From the IMG/VR virus record IMGVR_UViG_3300050120_000230, positions 62,001 to 126,000 of that record: a DNA stretch of 64,000 bases, one strand, 5' to 3'. Positions 30,501 to 39,894 of the stretch are shown piece by piece (position 1 is the first letter of the stretch; every line of letters begins with the position of its first letter). A program made the position numbers and the translations under genes. The notes below the pieces were generated by a model. It searched no databases. It saw only the letters and a list, made by a program, of their open reading frames with translations, and was not told the origin of the DNA.

Positions 30501-31393
30501 GCTTCACTCCGCTTCAGCACAATGAGACCATCACGGTCTCCGGCGACGCTTCAGCCACCGGCACAACGACTCTGGCTCTGACGCTGGCCACCACTGGCGT
30601 CGCGGCGGGCACCTACACGAAGTTCACCGTTGACACCAAGGGCCGCGTCCTCACCGGTCTCGCTCTGGCGAACACGGATGTAACGACGGCGCTGGGCTTC
30701 ACTCCGCTTCAGCACAACGAAACGATCACCCTGTCGGGTGACGTGGTTGGCTCTGGTGCAAATGCTATCGCCACCACGCTGACGAACACCGGCGTGACAC
30801 CGGGCACCTACACCTCCACGAATATTGTGGTCGATGCGAAGGGCCGTATCACGGCTGCTTCGAACGGCACTGGTGGCGGTGGTGGTTCTCTCGCGATCAC
30901 GAAGGCAAACGCTTCCATCGTTTCCGCAGCTTCGACGCTGAACTTCACCGGTAACGGTGTGACCGTCGTGGACCAAGGTTCTGGTGTAGCTCACATCGAC
31001 ATTCCGAGCAACGTCGAATGGGTTTCGTTCCTGTATTCGGGCACCACGCCTCAGCTTACGGGCGGTGATGCAATTCAAGCCAATTCGGCTGGCGTTGTCG
31101 CGACGATCACTGATGGTTCGACTTCGACCGTCACGTTCACGTTCACCGGATATCCTTTCCCGCCGACCTCCATTGCGGTCATGGGCCAGTCATATACTGC
31201 GAACGTCTTCAACTATCAGAACATGAACCCGACCTTCACGAGCAGTGCGATTCCGGGTGGAAACACCAGTGCGGCTCCGTCGATGTTTGGTGCGTTCTCT
31301 TCGATCTCGTTGAAAATTCCGGGTGGTGTTACGGGGGCTTCTACTACGAGCGCCCTGCAACGTCCGCGCGGTTACGTGATGTTCAAGTTCTAA
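27521..31393 (+). CDS. long fibre protein with tandem repeats
   Basis: 12 copies of L.NTGV.AGTY....VD.KGR interleaved with ALGFTP and GTVTSV modules. Confidence 0.85.
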   Translation: MTISDQDKVDFLWKKVIFGYTKTASGTVKLGSNESIASPFPVNPDNIWAEADQIAASPTANTTAQVGVFKGATRIQMTVDPSSPPNQTWLATGTHNLLTSLMGDFISPIYGPGYNVAAYIGDPNVGPAARIFPDTTNEEFVFDYSAGVLNFLGNIPASKPATIGSGTVSVSTNGVYLEAYRYIGTKGGGGSSGSFVSKTGDTMSGPLVFDYTSNSGQTVLVFSNTTANAFAGIGSLQSGETRIFADSNNALSFGHVSTTDGVTYHEDMRLGADGVLNIGTGSGDGFITVDNGNRIVFGDIANGSVNEQMVIDANGVVYIGGNMVYHTGNLDLESLTLTNTGVTAGTYTSTNIVVDAQGRILSASNGSGGGGGGGNGTVTEVSIGGSTSVSVSGAPITTDGTFVIDLTNTGVSAGTYAKVSVDAKGRVQSGSGLASGDVTSALGFTPLQHNETITVSGDVTGSGTSSLALTLTNSGVTAGTYNKVIVDAKGRVVGSGALTSSDVDTALGYTPTNAATAIVFTGDVTGSGTNPINLSLANTGVAAGTYTLATLVVDAKGRVLAVSNGSAVGGSNGTVTSVSAVGSADIHVNGSATITTTGTFTFDLANTPVAAGVYSLATISVDAKGRIIAAANGTAGSGTVTSVGVSSTTLNVSGSPVTTAGVISIDLTNTGVTAGTYEKVTVDAQGRIHAGAALASGDVTSALGFTPLQHNEAITISGDAAGTGASAIALTFANTGVAAGTYSAANIVVDSKGRILSAANGAAGGGSGTVTSVDVTGSADISAVGGPITVSGAIALGLSNTGVVAGTYTLTNLTVDSKGRITSIQNGTASGAGTVTSVSVTGDGAISSTGGPITNTGTIALTLSNTGVAHGTYTKVIVDLQGRVTGSLALANTDVTTALGFTPIANTIIDLGYTPLQHNESITVVGDVVGVGSTTLSLALQNTGVTAGTYEKVTVDAKGRVLSGGALASGDVTTALGFTPISGIVSGDVTTALGFTPLQHNETITVSGDASATGTTTLALTLATTGVAAGTYTKFTVDTKGRVLTGLALANTDVTTALGFTPLQHNETITLSGDVVGSGANAIATTLTNTGVTPGTYTSTNIVVDAKGRITAASNGTGGGGGSLAITKANASIVSAASTLNFTGNGVTVVDQGSGVAHIDIPSNVEWVSFLYSGTTPQLTGGDAIQANSAGVVATITDGSTSTVTFTFTGYPFPPTSIAVMGQSYTANVFNYQNMNPTFTSSAIPGGNTSAAPSMFGAFSSISLKIPGGVTGASTTSALQRPRGYVMFKF

Positions 31394-31405
31394 GAAAGCA
31401 ATTTT

Positions 31406-33364
31406 ATGTTCATTGACATCCCAGCGAAAGTTATTTCGGGCACAGCCGACACGATCAATGCATTTCAATTCTGGCCGTATGAAACGCCGGGTGACATCTA
31501 TTGGTCGGGCGGCTCGGCGCCCAAATACTATCAGTGGAATGTCACTGTAAACATCACGGAACAAACCCACAGCAGCAATAAGACTCGCAAACCGTTCGCA
31601 TTCAACGGTAGTGATGTGTCTGTCGGTGACTATATGGCAGATACCGTGAATGGTGTTGCGGTGAAAATTGTCAGTATTTCCAGCAAAAGTGACACGCAAA
31701 TCACATGCCTCGTCGAGGATGTGCTGCGTTACAACACTTTCCGCAACCCAAACCAATTGGCTGTTGGTATTTTCGCCGAACGAAGCAGTGTGCTGATCTT
31801 CCAATTGAACGAAGAGGGTCTACCCATCGTCGATAACTCGCCGTCATCGGTGAGTGCCAATTTCTATGCCAATCTCTCTTCTCGCTTCATCAACATGGAG
31901 CAAAGCTATAATTTCGTCCTGAACAAACCCGCTCATGGTTTTGCTTTGGGTGATCTCATCGGCGCTGATCCTCACGGTAATACGTTTGTCTTGGCGAACT
32001 CGGCATACCCGTATCTCATCGGCACGGTGACCAATGTCGATTTGGGACCGGACCAGTTCATGGTCAACCCGTTCCAAAAAGTCATAGATGGATACCCGTC
32101 GCTGATCGGTAACGTCGCGACGATCATCTATGCAGACCCAGTAGACGAAGGCGAATATTCGCTGACCGGACAACAGCCTGTTCTCATCAAGCTGCGTCAA
32201 CAGACGAATACCGTGGTCATTGGGTCCAACCTCGATAGCAATTCGTCCGTCGATGTTGGGAGCACATTCACTCTCAACGGTGAAGAAATCGTGGTCGCAA
32301 ATGTTGGTTCGCCAAATGATTTTGTGACAGCTTGTAATTTGCAGTCGTCGAATACATCGGTCATGGCTGCAATGATTGAAAACGCGCCATCCGTTACGAC
32401 TTCTCCTGCGTTGATTAATGACTTTTCGGTCGTGGCGTTGCAACTGCCAGCCTCGGCAAAAATCAATGGTGTGACGGTCACTTTCACGACTTCGACCAGT
32501 GGTTCTAGTTCTCTTGGTCCCGGTTTCGCTGACCAGTTTGATATTGCGGCCGACATCAATACCGCCGCAATTTCTGGCATTGTCGCTTCTGCCGACTCTT
32601 CCGGTTTGACTCTGCGGAATGATGATCTGGCTCCAATCGTGTTGGAAAACATCGGCGTCGATGGATTGGGAAATCCGTTTGCGGGCGCGCACTCTTCGAC
32701 CGGCTTGGCGTTGCTGACATCTCTGGGCGACAGTTTCATCCAATTGACGGGTAACGGCGCCATTGCCATCAATCTTTTCGATACGGTCAATTCTCCGACA
32801 CAAGACTTTGGCCTCATCAGTGCTGAAAACGGAATCAAAGCCGCTGCCATGACTATCGAGCAGGGCATCCGTGAAGCATCGACCTATGTAGTTTCCAATA
32901 TCGCAGCGCGTGATGCTCTTACCGCTTTTGTCGGTGACCAAGCCTATGTCACCGATCAAGGAAATGGCGAATGGGCGTTCTTCATCTTCACGCTAGATAG
33001 TGTGTGGGTTGAGATCGCCAACAAGGACTCGTCGGAAACCGACGCTCAGTCTGTCGAACTCGCAATCTCCGCGACTTCCAATGCGTCGGCGACTATTCAC
33101 ACGATTTCGAACAACCGTAGGGTCACGTTCGTAACGGTCACGGTTCTTGACGCGTTCAACGCGCCCGCCACGGTCACCGTGGGCGACAGCGCGGATCACA
33201 CACGTTTGATGACCGTAGATCAGAATGATTTGACAGCAATCGGAGATTATTCGACCACTCCGTCATATACCTATGCGGGTGGTTTTGACACCGATATCAA
33301 CCTATACTTTAATGCGGACGGTGCGACTGTCGGCAATGCAATTGTGGCCATCACGTATACTTAA
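31406..33364 (+). CDS. virion structural protein
   Basis: within the structural operon; C-terminal part paralogous to 46827..47909. Confidence 0.7.
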   Translation: MFIDIPAKVISGTADTINAFQFWPYETPGDIYWSGGSAPKYYQWNVTVNITEQTHSSNKTRKPFAFNGSDVSVGDYMADTVNGVAVKIVSISSKSDTQITCLVEDVLRYNTFRNPNQLAVGIFAERSSVLIFQLNEEGLPIVDNSPSSVSANFYANLSSRFINMEQSYNFVLNKPAHGFALGDLIGADPHGNTFVLANSAYPYLIGTVTNVDLGPDQFMVNPFQKVIDGYPSLIGNVATIIYADPVDEGEYSLTGQQPVLIKLRQQTNTVVIGSNLDSNSSVDVGSTFTLNGEEIVVANVGSPNDFVTACNLQSSNTSVMAAMIENAPSVTTSPALINDFSVVALQLPASAKINGVTVTFTTSTSGSSSLGPGFADQFDIAADINTAAISGIVASADSSGLTLRNDDLAPIVLENIGVDGLGNPFAGAHSSTGLALLTSLGDSFIQLTGNGAIAINLFDTVNSPTQDFGLISAENGIKAAAMTIEQGIREASTYVVSNIAARDALTAFVGDQAYVTDQGNGEWAFFIFTLDSVWVEIANKDSSETDAQSVELAISATSNASATIHTISNNRRVTFVTVTVLDAFNAPATVTVGDSADHTRLMTVDQNDLTAIGDYSTTPSYTYAGGFDTDINLYFNADGATVGNAIVAITYT

Positions 33365-33472
33365 CACTATACCACAACAAACCCTATAGGCGGATAAATA
33401 ACTCCACTGCTGTGGCGAGGACATTAAGCCTGTCTGACCCGCACATTCTCAAATCCTATAGGAGAATACTTA

Positions 33473-36400
33473 ATGGCTAATATCAAGAACTTCGGTATCG
33501 TTGGTGTTGGCGCCGGGGTCCAGTTTGGTAAGGGTGGCGCGCAGCTTATCCAAACCACTGGAACCTTTGCTGCGAAGAATGCTGCGGGCAATGCTTTTGT
33601 CCGTTTCCAGATCGCAGATGGCGCCAGCGACGGTGATGCTGTTACGTTCAATCAGCTTACGAACGCCGTAAGCTCGATTGGCAACACCACCACTGCCATC
33701 CAAACCGAACTCGACGCTGTCGAAGCCGGTGCTGGTCTGGGCACCGATGGCTCCTACGTGGCGCCGGTCGGCTCGAACTACCTCGCAAATGCAACGACTC
33801 TGAAGGCAGCGGACGCGCTGCTCGACGCAGCCATTTTTGCGGAAGCCACCACGCGCGCTGCTGCTGACTCGGCTCTGTCGAACGCAATCGCCAACGCGGC
33901 TGCTTCTACGGGCGGCATTCAAGCTGAACTCGACCAAGTCGAAAACTCGGTTGGTCTGGGCACCGATGGCACGCTGACCCTCGCGGCCGGTAACTACCTC
34001 GGTTCCGCAACCGATCTGGTCAATGCAATCGAAACCCTCGACGGCGTCCTCGGCGACACCGCCGCCATCGCTGCTGAAGCGAACTCCACTGCGACACAAG
34101 CGTCCTCGGACGTTGCGAACGCACTGGGTGAAATCACGCAGAACACCACTGACATCGCGAACGTCTCCACTCGTGTTGACGTTCTGGAAGCAAACGAAAC
34201 CTCGGTCACTGGCCTACTGACCGGTCTCCGTACCGATGTTGATTCCAACTCGGCCATTCTCGCTGGTGAAATCACCCGCGCCGAAGCCGCTGAAGGCAAC
34301 CTCAGCAACTCGATCACCACCGAAGTTTCACGCGCCACGGCAGCCGAAGGCGTTCTCACCAACGCAGTCGTCACCGAAACCTCGCGTGCAACTGATGCTG
34401 AAGGTGTCCTGACCACCGCAGTCGTGACCGAAACGTCCCGCGCCACGGCAGCCGAAGGCGTTCTCACCAACGCAGTCGTCACCGAAACCTCGCGTGCAAC
34501 GTCCGCTGAACTGGCTCTGGGCAACTCCGTTGCCGCTGCCAACGCTGCAATCGCCGCCGAAGTCGTCCGTGCAACTGGCGCTGAAGCGGCTCTCGATGGT
34601 CGTCTGACCACCGTTGAAACCGACTACATCAACAAGGACGGCACCGTCGCAATGACCGGCGCCCTCGACATGGGCAACAACGTTATTCATAACGTTTCGA
34701 CCCCGGTTGATGACAACGACGCAGCGAACAAGGCTTTCGTCACCGGCCTCATCGCTGGTATCGGCAACGCCTTCAACTACAAGGGCACTGTCGCACCGGG
34801 CGTCGATGCTGGTAACGCAACTGTTCTGGCTTCCACGCCCGCAGTTGGTGATTACTACAAGGCCACGAGCGACGGTTACCTGATCGGCGCCGACGATGGT
34901 TCGGTTGCTTTCCACGTTTTCCACAACGATGGTGTTGTTCGCAACACTGACGGCGGCTGGGATACGATTGGTCACACCGACTCGACCGTTGCTGGAACGT
35001 CTGGCGAAATCACCGTCACGGGTACTGTTGACACCGGCTACGTGGTTGGTATCGATGCGACCTATACGGCCGCTCGCCATCAAGAAGTGACGGACGAAGC
35101 TAACGCTCGCGCCGCCGCTGACGCCACCCTCACTGCCGCCATCGCTGGCGCTAATGCGGCTGTCGCAACTGAAACCACCCGTGCCATGCAGGCCGAATCG
35201 GACCTGACCAACTCGGTCGTCTCCGAAACGTCCCGTGCAACTACTGCTGAAGGTGTTCTCACCAACGCAGTCGTGACCGAAACCTCGCGTGCAACCGCTG
35301 CTGAAGGTGTTCTCACGAACGCCGTCGTCACGGAAACCTCGCGTGCAACCGCTGCTGAAGCTCTGATCGCAAACTCCGTTTCGACGGAAACCGCTCGCGC
35401 TGAAGGCATTGAAGCCGGTCTCCGCACCGACGTTGACGCAGCTAACGCCGCGATCATCGCCGAAGTGACCCGCGCTGAAGGTATCGAAGCCGGTCTCCGC
35501 ACCGACGTTGACGCCGCAACCGCAGCAGTTGGAACGGAAACGGCTCGCGCCGAAGCCGCCGAAGCCGCACTGGCCAACTCTATTGCTTCCACCAACTCCA
35601 ACGTCTCGACCCTGTCGGGCCGCGTGGATGTTCTGGAAGCCGCTGAAGAGCACGCCGTTTCGGACGAAGCCAACGCTCGTATCGCCGCCGACAACCTCAT
35701 CAACGCCAACGTCGCTGCTGTCGCTTCGAATGTCGCTAACGCGCAATCGGAAATCGACTCCATCGAAACCGGTGCTGGTCTGGATGCAAACGGTCACTAC
35801 GTCGCCAACACTGGTGCTCACTACATTGCGACTGCAACGAGCCTCTTCGATGCAGACAACATGCTGGACAACGCTGTCGCCGCACTGGCAACGGAACTGG
35901 CCACCCTGTCGCAAGACACCATCAAGACTGAAGACGGCCTGAACTCGGTTCACGTCGCTGACGGCCTCATCACGACGAAGTTGGACGTTGCTGGAACCGC
36001 AACCGTGGTCTCGACCATGGTCGCAACCGCCAACACCAACACGGCTCTCGCACTGGACTTCAGCGCGGCAGACGAAGTCAAGCTGGCAGCTTCCGGTACT
36101 TCGGCCGACGTTGATCTTCGCCTCACCGCGCAAGGTTCTGGCCACGTCATCATCGGTGAAACCGGTGTTGGTGTGATCCAAGCTGACGACGGCTACGACA
36201 TGACCATCGCAGGCGGCACGGGTGCAAACCTGAACCTCCAAGGCACCTTGGTCAACGTCCAAGACGGCAGCGGCACCAACGTCGCGGTCTTCGCTGGCGT
36301 TGCTGGTGCAACTGCATGGGCCACCGTCGCGAACGGCAACACCGCTGTCACCTTCGGTGCGGCTGGTGCAGCTTCCAACCTCGATCTCGTCTTCGCACCC

Positions 36401-36835
36401 AAGGGTGGCGGCGTCGTCAATATGTCTTCGGCTCGCGTCATCAACGTCGCGAACGCCACGGCATCGACGGACGCAGTCAACAAGGGTCAACTCGATGCAG
36501 CCCTCTCGACCGCTTCGGTCGGCGTGGTCAAGACTGTCGTCGCCACTCTGCCCGCCACTTCGGGCTCGGTGACCCTCGGCACGATCACGGGCACCGTCCT
36601 GCGCGTCCGCGTTCTGGTCAGTAACACCTACGACGCTGGTTCCACCATCGTTGTCGGTAACTCGACTACCGCGAACGATCTGGCCGCTGACACGGACATC
36701 GATGAAGGCACCGCTGGCATCTATGTCATCGAAACCGCGAAGGACTACTCCGCAATCACCGTCACCGCGACCGTCACGAATACGACTGGTCTGAACGGCG
36801 CTGCGAAAGTCATCGTCGAATATCTGGCTTCGTAA
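33473..36835 (+). CDS. coiled-coil fibre protein
   Basis: 18-aa ETSRATAAEGVLTNAVVT repeats, DA(V/A)N-type neck motifs, TAAATA at 33395-33400, AGGAG RBS. Confidence 0.85.
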   Translation: MANIKNFGIVGVGAGVQFGKGGAQLIQTTGTFAAKNAAGNAFVRFQIADGASDGDAVTFNQLTNAVSSIGNTTTAIQTELDAVEAGAGLGTDGSYVAPVGSNYLANATTLKAADALLDAAIFAEATTRAAADSALSNAIANAAASTGGIQAELDQVENSVGLGTDGTLTLAAGNYLGSATDLVNAIETLDGVLGDTAAIAAEANSTATQASSDVANALGEITQNTTDIANVSTRVDVLEANETSVTGLLTGLRTDVDSNSAILAGEITRAEAAEGNLSNSITTEVSRATAAEGVLTNAVVTETSRATDAEGVLTTAVVTETSRATAAEGVLTNAVVTETSRATSAELALGNSVAAANAAIAAEVVRATGAEAALDGRLTTVETDYINKDGTVAMTGALDMGNNVIHNVSTPVDDNDAANKAFVTGLIAGIGNAFNYKGTVAPGVDAGNATVLASTPAVGDYYKATSDGYLIGADDGSVAFHVFHNDGVVRNTDGGWDTIGHTDSTVAGTSGEITVTGTVDTGYVVGIDATYTAARHQEVTDEANARAAADATLTAAIAGANAAVATETTRAMQAESDLTNSVVSETSRATTAEGVLTNAVVTETSRATAAEGVLTNAVVTETSRATAAEALIANSVSTETARAEGIEAGLRTDVDAANAAIIAEVTRAEGIEAGLRTDVDAATAAVGTETARAEAAEAALANSIASTNSNVSTLSGRVDVLEAAEEHAVSDEANARIAADNLINANVAAVASNVANAQSEIDSIETGAGLDANGHYVANTGAHYIATATSLFDADNMLDNAVAALATELATLSQDTIKTEDGLNSVHVADGLITTKLDVAGTATVVSTMVATANTNTALALDFSAADEVKLAASGTSADVDLRLTAQGSGHVIIGETGVGVIQADDGYDMTIAGGTGANLNLQGTLVNVQDGSGTNVAVFAGVAGATAWATVANGNTAVTFGAAGAASNLDLVFAPKGGGVVNMSSARVINVANATASTDAVNKGQLDAALSTASVGVVKTVVATLPATSGSVTLGTITGTVLRVRVLVSNTYDAGSTIVVGNSTTANDLAADTDIDEGTAGIYVIETAKDYSAITVTATVTNTTGLNGAAKVIVEYLAS
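34316..35365 (+). repeat. two blocks of coding 54-bp tandem repeats
   Basis: GAAACCTCGCGTGCAAC...GAAGGTGTTCTCACCAACGCAGTCGT units at about 34316-34506 and 35216-35365. Confidence 0.8.
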
Positions 36836-36881
36836 GAAGTTGAGGGGGAGGCTCGGGCCTCCCCTTCTATTCAGAATTGAG

Positions 36882-36910
36882 AAAGGCGGGGATCACTCCC
36901 CGCCTTTTTT
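36882..36910. terminator. intrinsic terminator, possibly bidirectional
   Basis: AAAGGCGGGGA-TCAC-TCCCCGCCTTTTTT. Confidence 0.85.
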
Positions 36911-36928
36911 GATGCCTGAGCATCAGAT

Positions 36929-37068
36929 TGGAACCGCGTGCCGGATTTGCACCGGCTATTTCTCACTCTCGGCCAGCTTGCTGGCTTCCGCTATATGACT
37001 ACGATTACCTCGTCCGAAGTCTCAAATACTTTGGAGTCAACGACTTTCGCATCACGGAGTGACGCGGA
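36929..37068 (-). ncRNA. tRNA-like RNA (acceptor stem, T-arm, CCA) with non-tRNA interior
   Basis: 5' TCCGCGT pairs with 3' ACGCGGT-T-CCA; T-arm GCCGG-TGCAAAT-CCGGC; TTGACA-N17-CATGGT promoter upstream. Confidence 0.65.
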
Positions 37069-37135
37069 TTGAACACCCGAAGGCGAAACATCACCATGCC
37101 AATCAACGACGATCTTGTCAACGCATAAATAATGG

Positions 37136-37600
37136 ATGAGCATTCGCCAATTCATGAATATCATCGTCGAATCCTATGAGGATGAAGACGATGAGTATCA
37201 GGCTCCCACGCCAGAAGAGTATACGCTCAAGGCCGGGACGACTGTTTATCATGGCACGAATGGACGGTTTGATGAACGACACGGTCTATCGAGCCCATCG
37301 TGGGTGACCGATTCCATCGAAACCGCCAAATATTTCGCTACGTGGAAGCCAGATGAAGGCAAAGCTCGTCTCACTACGTGGAAGATAAACGGTGATTTGC
37401 GTCTGGCCATCATGACTACGGAATATCTCGACTACTGCCACGAAGACCTTTGCTACGAAGACCCCGAAGACATCCTCGCCCATCTCCGTCGAGAAGGCTT
37501 TGATGGATGGATCATCCCAGACAATTACGGAACTCGGCAGGCTGACATTCTTCTGAATGACGCCAATATGCTGGACTATGTGAAGAGCACACGCCTATGA
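37136..37600 (+). CDS. ADP-ribosyltransferase-like late protein
   Basis: VYHGT, SWVTDSIETAKYFA, GFDGWI motifs; TAAATA at 37126-37131. Confidence 0.55.
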   Translation: MSIRQFMNIIVESYEDEDDEYQAPTPEEYTLKAGTTVYHGTNGRFDERHGLSSPSWVTDSIETAKYFATWKPDEGKARLTTWKINGDLRLAIMTTEYLDYCHEDLCYEDPEDILAHLRREGFDGWIIPDNYGTRQADILLNDANMLDYVKSTRL

Positions 37601-38232
37601 ACCGCCCAGCCAATTTTTCCCACTACATCAAGATCAAAACAACGGAGCCTCTAGACAAGGCAACCATGAAGACGTGGTTCGATTGTGCGAAAGAGTTTCT
37701 TCCGGGTGGCGTTATCGCGTCGGTGCAAACTACGGACGACCAAGGGTCTCTGCGTAGCGCCACCATGGTTCATCGTGAAGTGGGTGGCGCCCACGAATAT
37801 ATCATCCCGCTGTCTCGCGATCTGCTCGACAAGGAAGTGCAACCGGTCATTGACGCATTGGCGTCAGAACTTCCCGATCTGGACTTCGATCTTGAGGTGT
37901 CGTCGGCACAAGCTGGTCTCTTGACCGAACCGGAAGTCATCGAAGTCGCGGACAACAAATACACTGACCTCTGCACTGCATGGGCGCGTAAACAGCACGA
38001 AACATGGCTGCATGATCGTACCGACGCGGGCTGGCGCTATGGCCCCAGCATGAGCGTGAAAAATAAAACTCACCCGCTCCTGCGGCCGTGGCATGATCTC
38101 CCAGATCAATTTCGAAAAATTGATACGTCTCAGCCGCAAGCATTGCTCGATCTTTTGAACGATCAGGGCTACGCGGTGATCGGCAAGGCCGAACTCGAAG
38201 GCATCATGCGTCTGCTCAAAGGCGGCGTCTGA
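37597..38232 (+). CDS. protein with C-terminal RyR repeat domain
   Basis: ARKQHETW....DAGWRYG.....KTHPLLRPWHDLP. Confidence 0.8.
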   Translation: MNRPANFSHYIKIKTTEPLDKATMKTWFDCAKEFLPGGVIASVQTTDDQGSLRSATMVHREVGGAHEYIIPLSRDLLDKEVQPVIDALASELPDLDFDLEVSSAQAGLLTEPEVIEVADNKYTDLCTAWARKQHETWLHDRTDAGWRYGPSMSVKNKTHPLLRPWHDLPDQFRKIDTSQPQALLDLLNDQGYAVIGKAELEGIMRLLKGGV

Positions 38233-38291
38233 GATTCTTATTGCACAGCTACCCTTGTTCCACCAAAGTGGGATGGTTAATTGGGGGCATA

Positions 38292-38501
38292 ATGGAAGTC
38301 GCGCTGGTAATTTGGTTGGGAGGTGGGTTTCTCCTGTGGGTCACCTATCGGTTGACGCACGGGGATGCTTCGGCTGATGTTCACGCCCCGCCACAGAAAA
38401 CCTTGCTCGGCGCCATCATGTGGCCGTTCTATCTGGGCAATTTCTTGCTCCACAAAGCCGGTCAGTTAGTCGGCCTGCGACCTAAAACCGACGACGAATG
38501 A
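38292..38501 (+). CDS. small membrane protein
   Basis: two hydrophobic segments, GAIMWPFY. Confidence 0.5.
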   Translation: MEVALVIWLGGGFLLWVTYRLTHGDASADVHAPPQKTLLGAIMWPFYLGNFLLHKAGQLVGLRPKTDDE

Positions 38502-38538
38502 TGTTGATCTGGTAAACCATACGAGATACGTTTCTGGT

Positions 38539-39894
38539 ATGGATGCTGTCTCGATCATTAATAGCCTCGCCGCCACAACCAAGCGCACCGAAAAAGAACA
38601 AATCCTCATGGGTGCGTTCATGGGTGGGCACCGTGAGTTTTTCATCGCGTCCCAGATGGCCTACGACATTCTGGTGACGTTCGGCGTCAAGAAGGTCGCC
38701 GAGATCGATGATGACGACGATAGTCCCGGCGAGTTCACGTTCGCCGATTTCCTCAGTCTGGCGGGGAAGCTCCGTCGCCGGGAACTCACCGGCCACGCTG
38801 CCCGCGACGCCATCCATGATGCGGCCGAACGCTGCCACATTCCCACTTGGAACACGTTCTATCGTCGGGTCCTTCTGAAGGATTTCCGCTGCGGTGTGGA
38901 CACTTCGACCATCAATCGGGTCCTGAAGAAACTATCGGACACCGAACCGGAAGCCCGGCAATTGATGATCCCGGTTTTCGACTGCCAGTTGGCACACGAC
39001 GGCGCCAAACCAGAACATCAGAAAAAGGTTTCCGGCACCAAGATGCTGGATATCAAACTCGATGGTGTCCGGCTGTTGACGATCCTCGATAAGGAAGAGG
39101 GCACGGTCACCCAATACACTCGCAACGGAAAGGTGAATGCCAACTTCACCGAAATTCGTGAAGGACTGGAAAGTCTGCTCACGACGTTGCCGGGGTCTAT
39201 CGTGCTCGATGGCGAAGTGATGTCGCTGAATTTCCAAGATTTGATGCGACAAGTGAACCGCCGAGAAGGCGTGGACACCAGTCAATCTCGTTTGGCAGTC
39301 TTTGATATCATCCCACTCAAGGATTTCCGTGCGGGTATCTGCAACATCCCCCAGTCCATGAGGCAGCACATTCTCGCCGATCTTGAACAGAGCGGCGATC
39401 TGAAGCAGCACACCAACGGGCTTGTCTACGTCATCCCGAAGGTGACCGTTGATTTGAACACGCCGGAAGGTCAACTAAGTTTCAAGGAGTTCAACAAGCA
39501 AGCCATAGCCGCCGGTTACGAGGGCATCATGGTCAAGGACCCTACCGCTCCCTATGAACTGAAACGCTCGTTCGCATGGTTGAAGATCAAGCCGTTCATT
39601 GAAGTCAGCTTGACCATCGTGGGCTACGAAGAAGGTTCGGGCAAATACGCCGGAATGCTCGGGGCTTGGGTCATGAAGGGCGAAGACGATGGAGTCGAGA
39701 TCGAAACCAACGTTGGCGGTGGGCTCAGCGATGCAGAACGCGTGGAATATTGGGAGAAGCGCGACAAACTGATCGGAATGATCGGCGAAGTTCGAGCCGA
39801 CGCCAAAACGCTGGAAGACGGCGGGACGGTTTATTCGCTTCGTTTCCCTCGCTGGAAGGGCTTCCGAGGCACCGTCCCCGGCGAAAAACTCTGA
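38539..39894 (+). CDS. ATP-dependent DNA ligase
   Basis: KLDGVR, LDGEV, FDII, EGIMVK, WLKIK, SLRFPR. Confidence 0.95.
   Translation: MDAVSIINSLAATTKRTEKEQILMGAFMGGHREFFIASQMAYDILVTFGVKKVAEIDDDDDSPGEFTFADFLSLAGKLRRRELTGHAARDAIHDAAERCHIPTWNTFYRRVLLKDFRCGVDTSTINRVLKKLSDTEPEARQLMIPVFDCQLAHDGAKPEHQKKVSGTKMLDIKLDGVRLLTILDKEEGTVTQYTRNGKVNANFTEIREGLESLLTTLPGSIVLDGEVMSLNFQDLMRQVNRREGVDTSQSRLAVFDIIPLKDFRAGICNIPQSMRQHILADLEQSGDLKQHTNGLVYVIPKVTVDLNTPEGQLSFKEFNKQAIAAGYEGIMVKDPTAPYELKRSFAWLKIKPFIEVSLTIVGYEEGSGKYAGMLGAWVMKGEDDGVEIETNVGGGLSDAERVEYWEKRDKLIGMIGEVRADAKTLEDGGTVYSLRFPRWKGFRGTVPGEKL

Noticed and set aside
34316-35365. Possible CRISPR-like array
   Set aside because: The repeats are in-frame 54-bp coding units without unique spacers, and no cas genes are present
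36929-37068. Canonical tRNA gene
   Set aside because: Too long, with no recognisable D-arm or 7-nt anticodon loop in position; reported as a tRNA-like ncRNA instead
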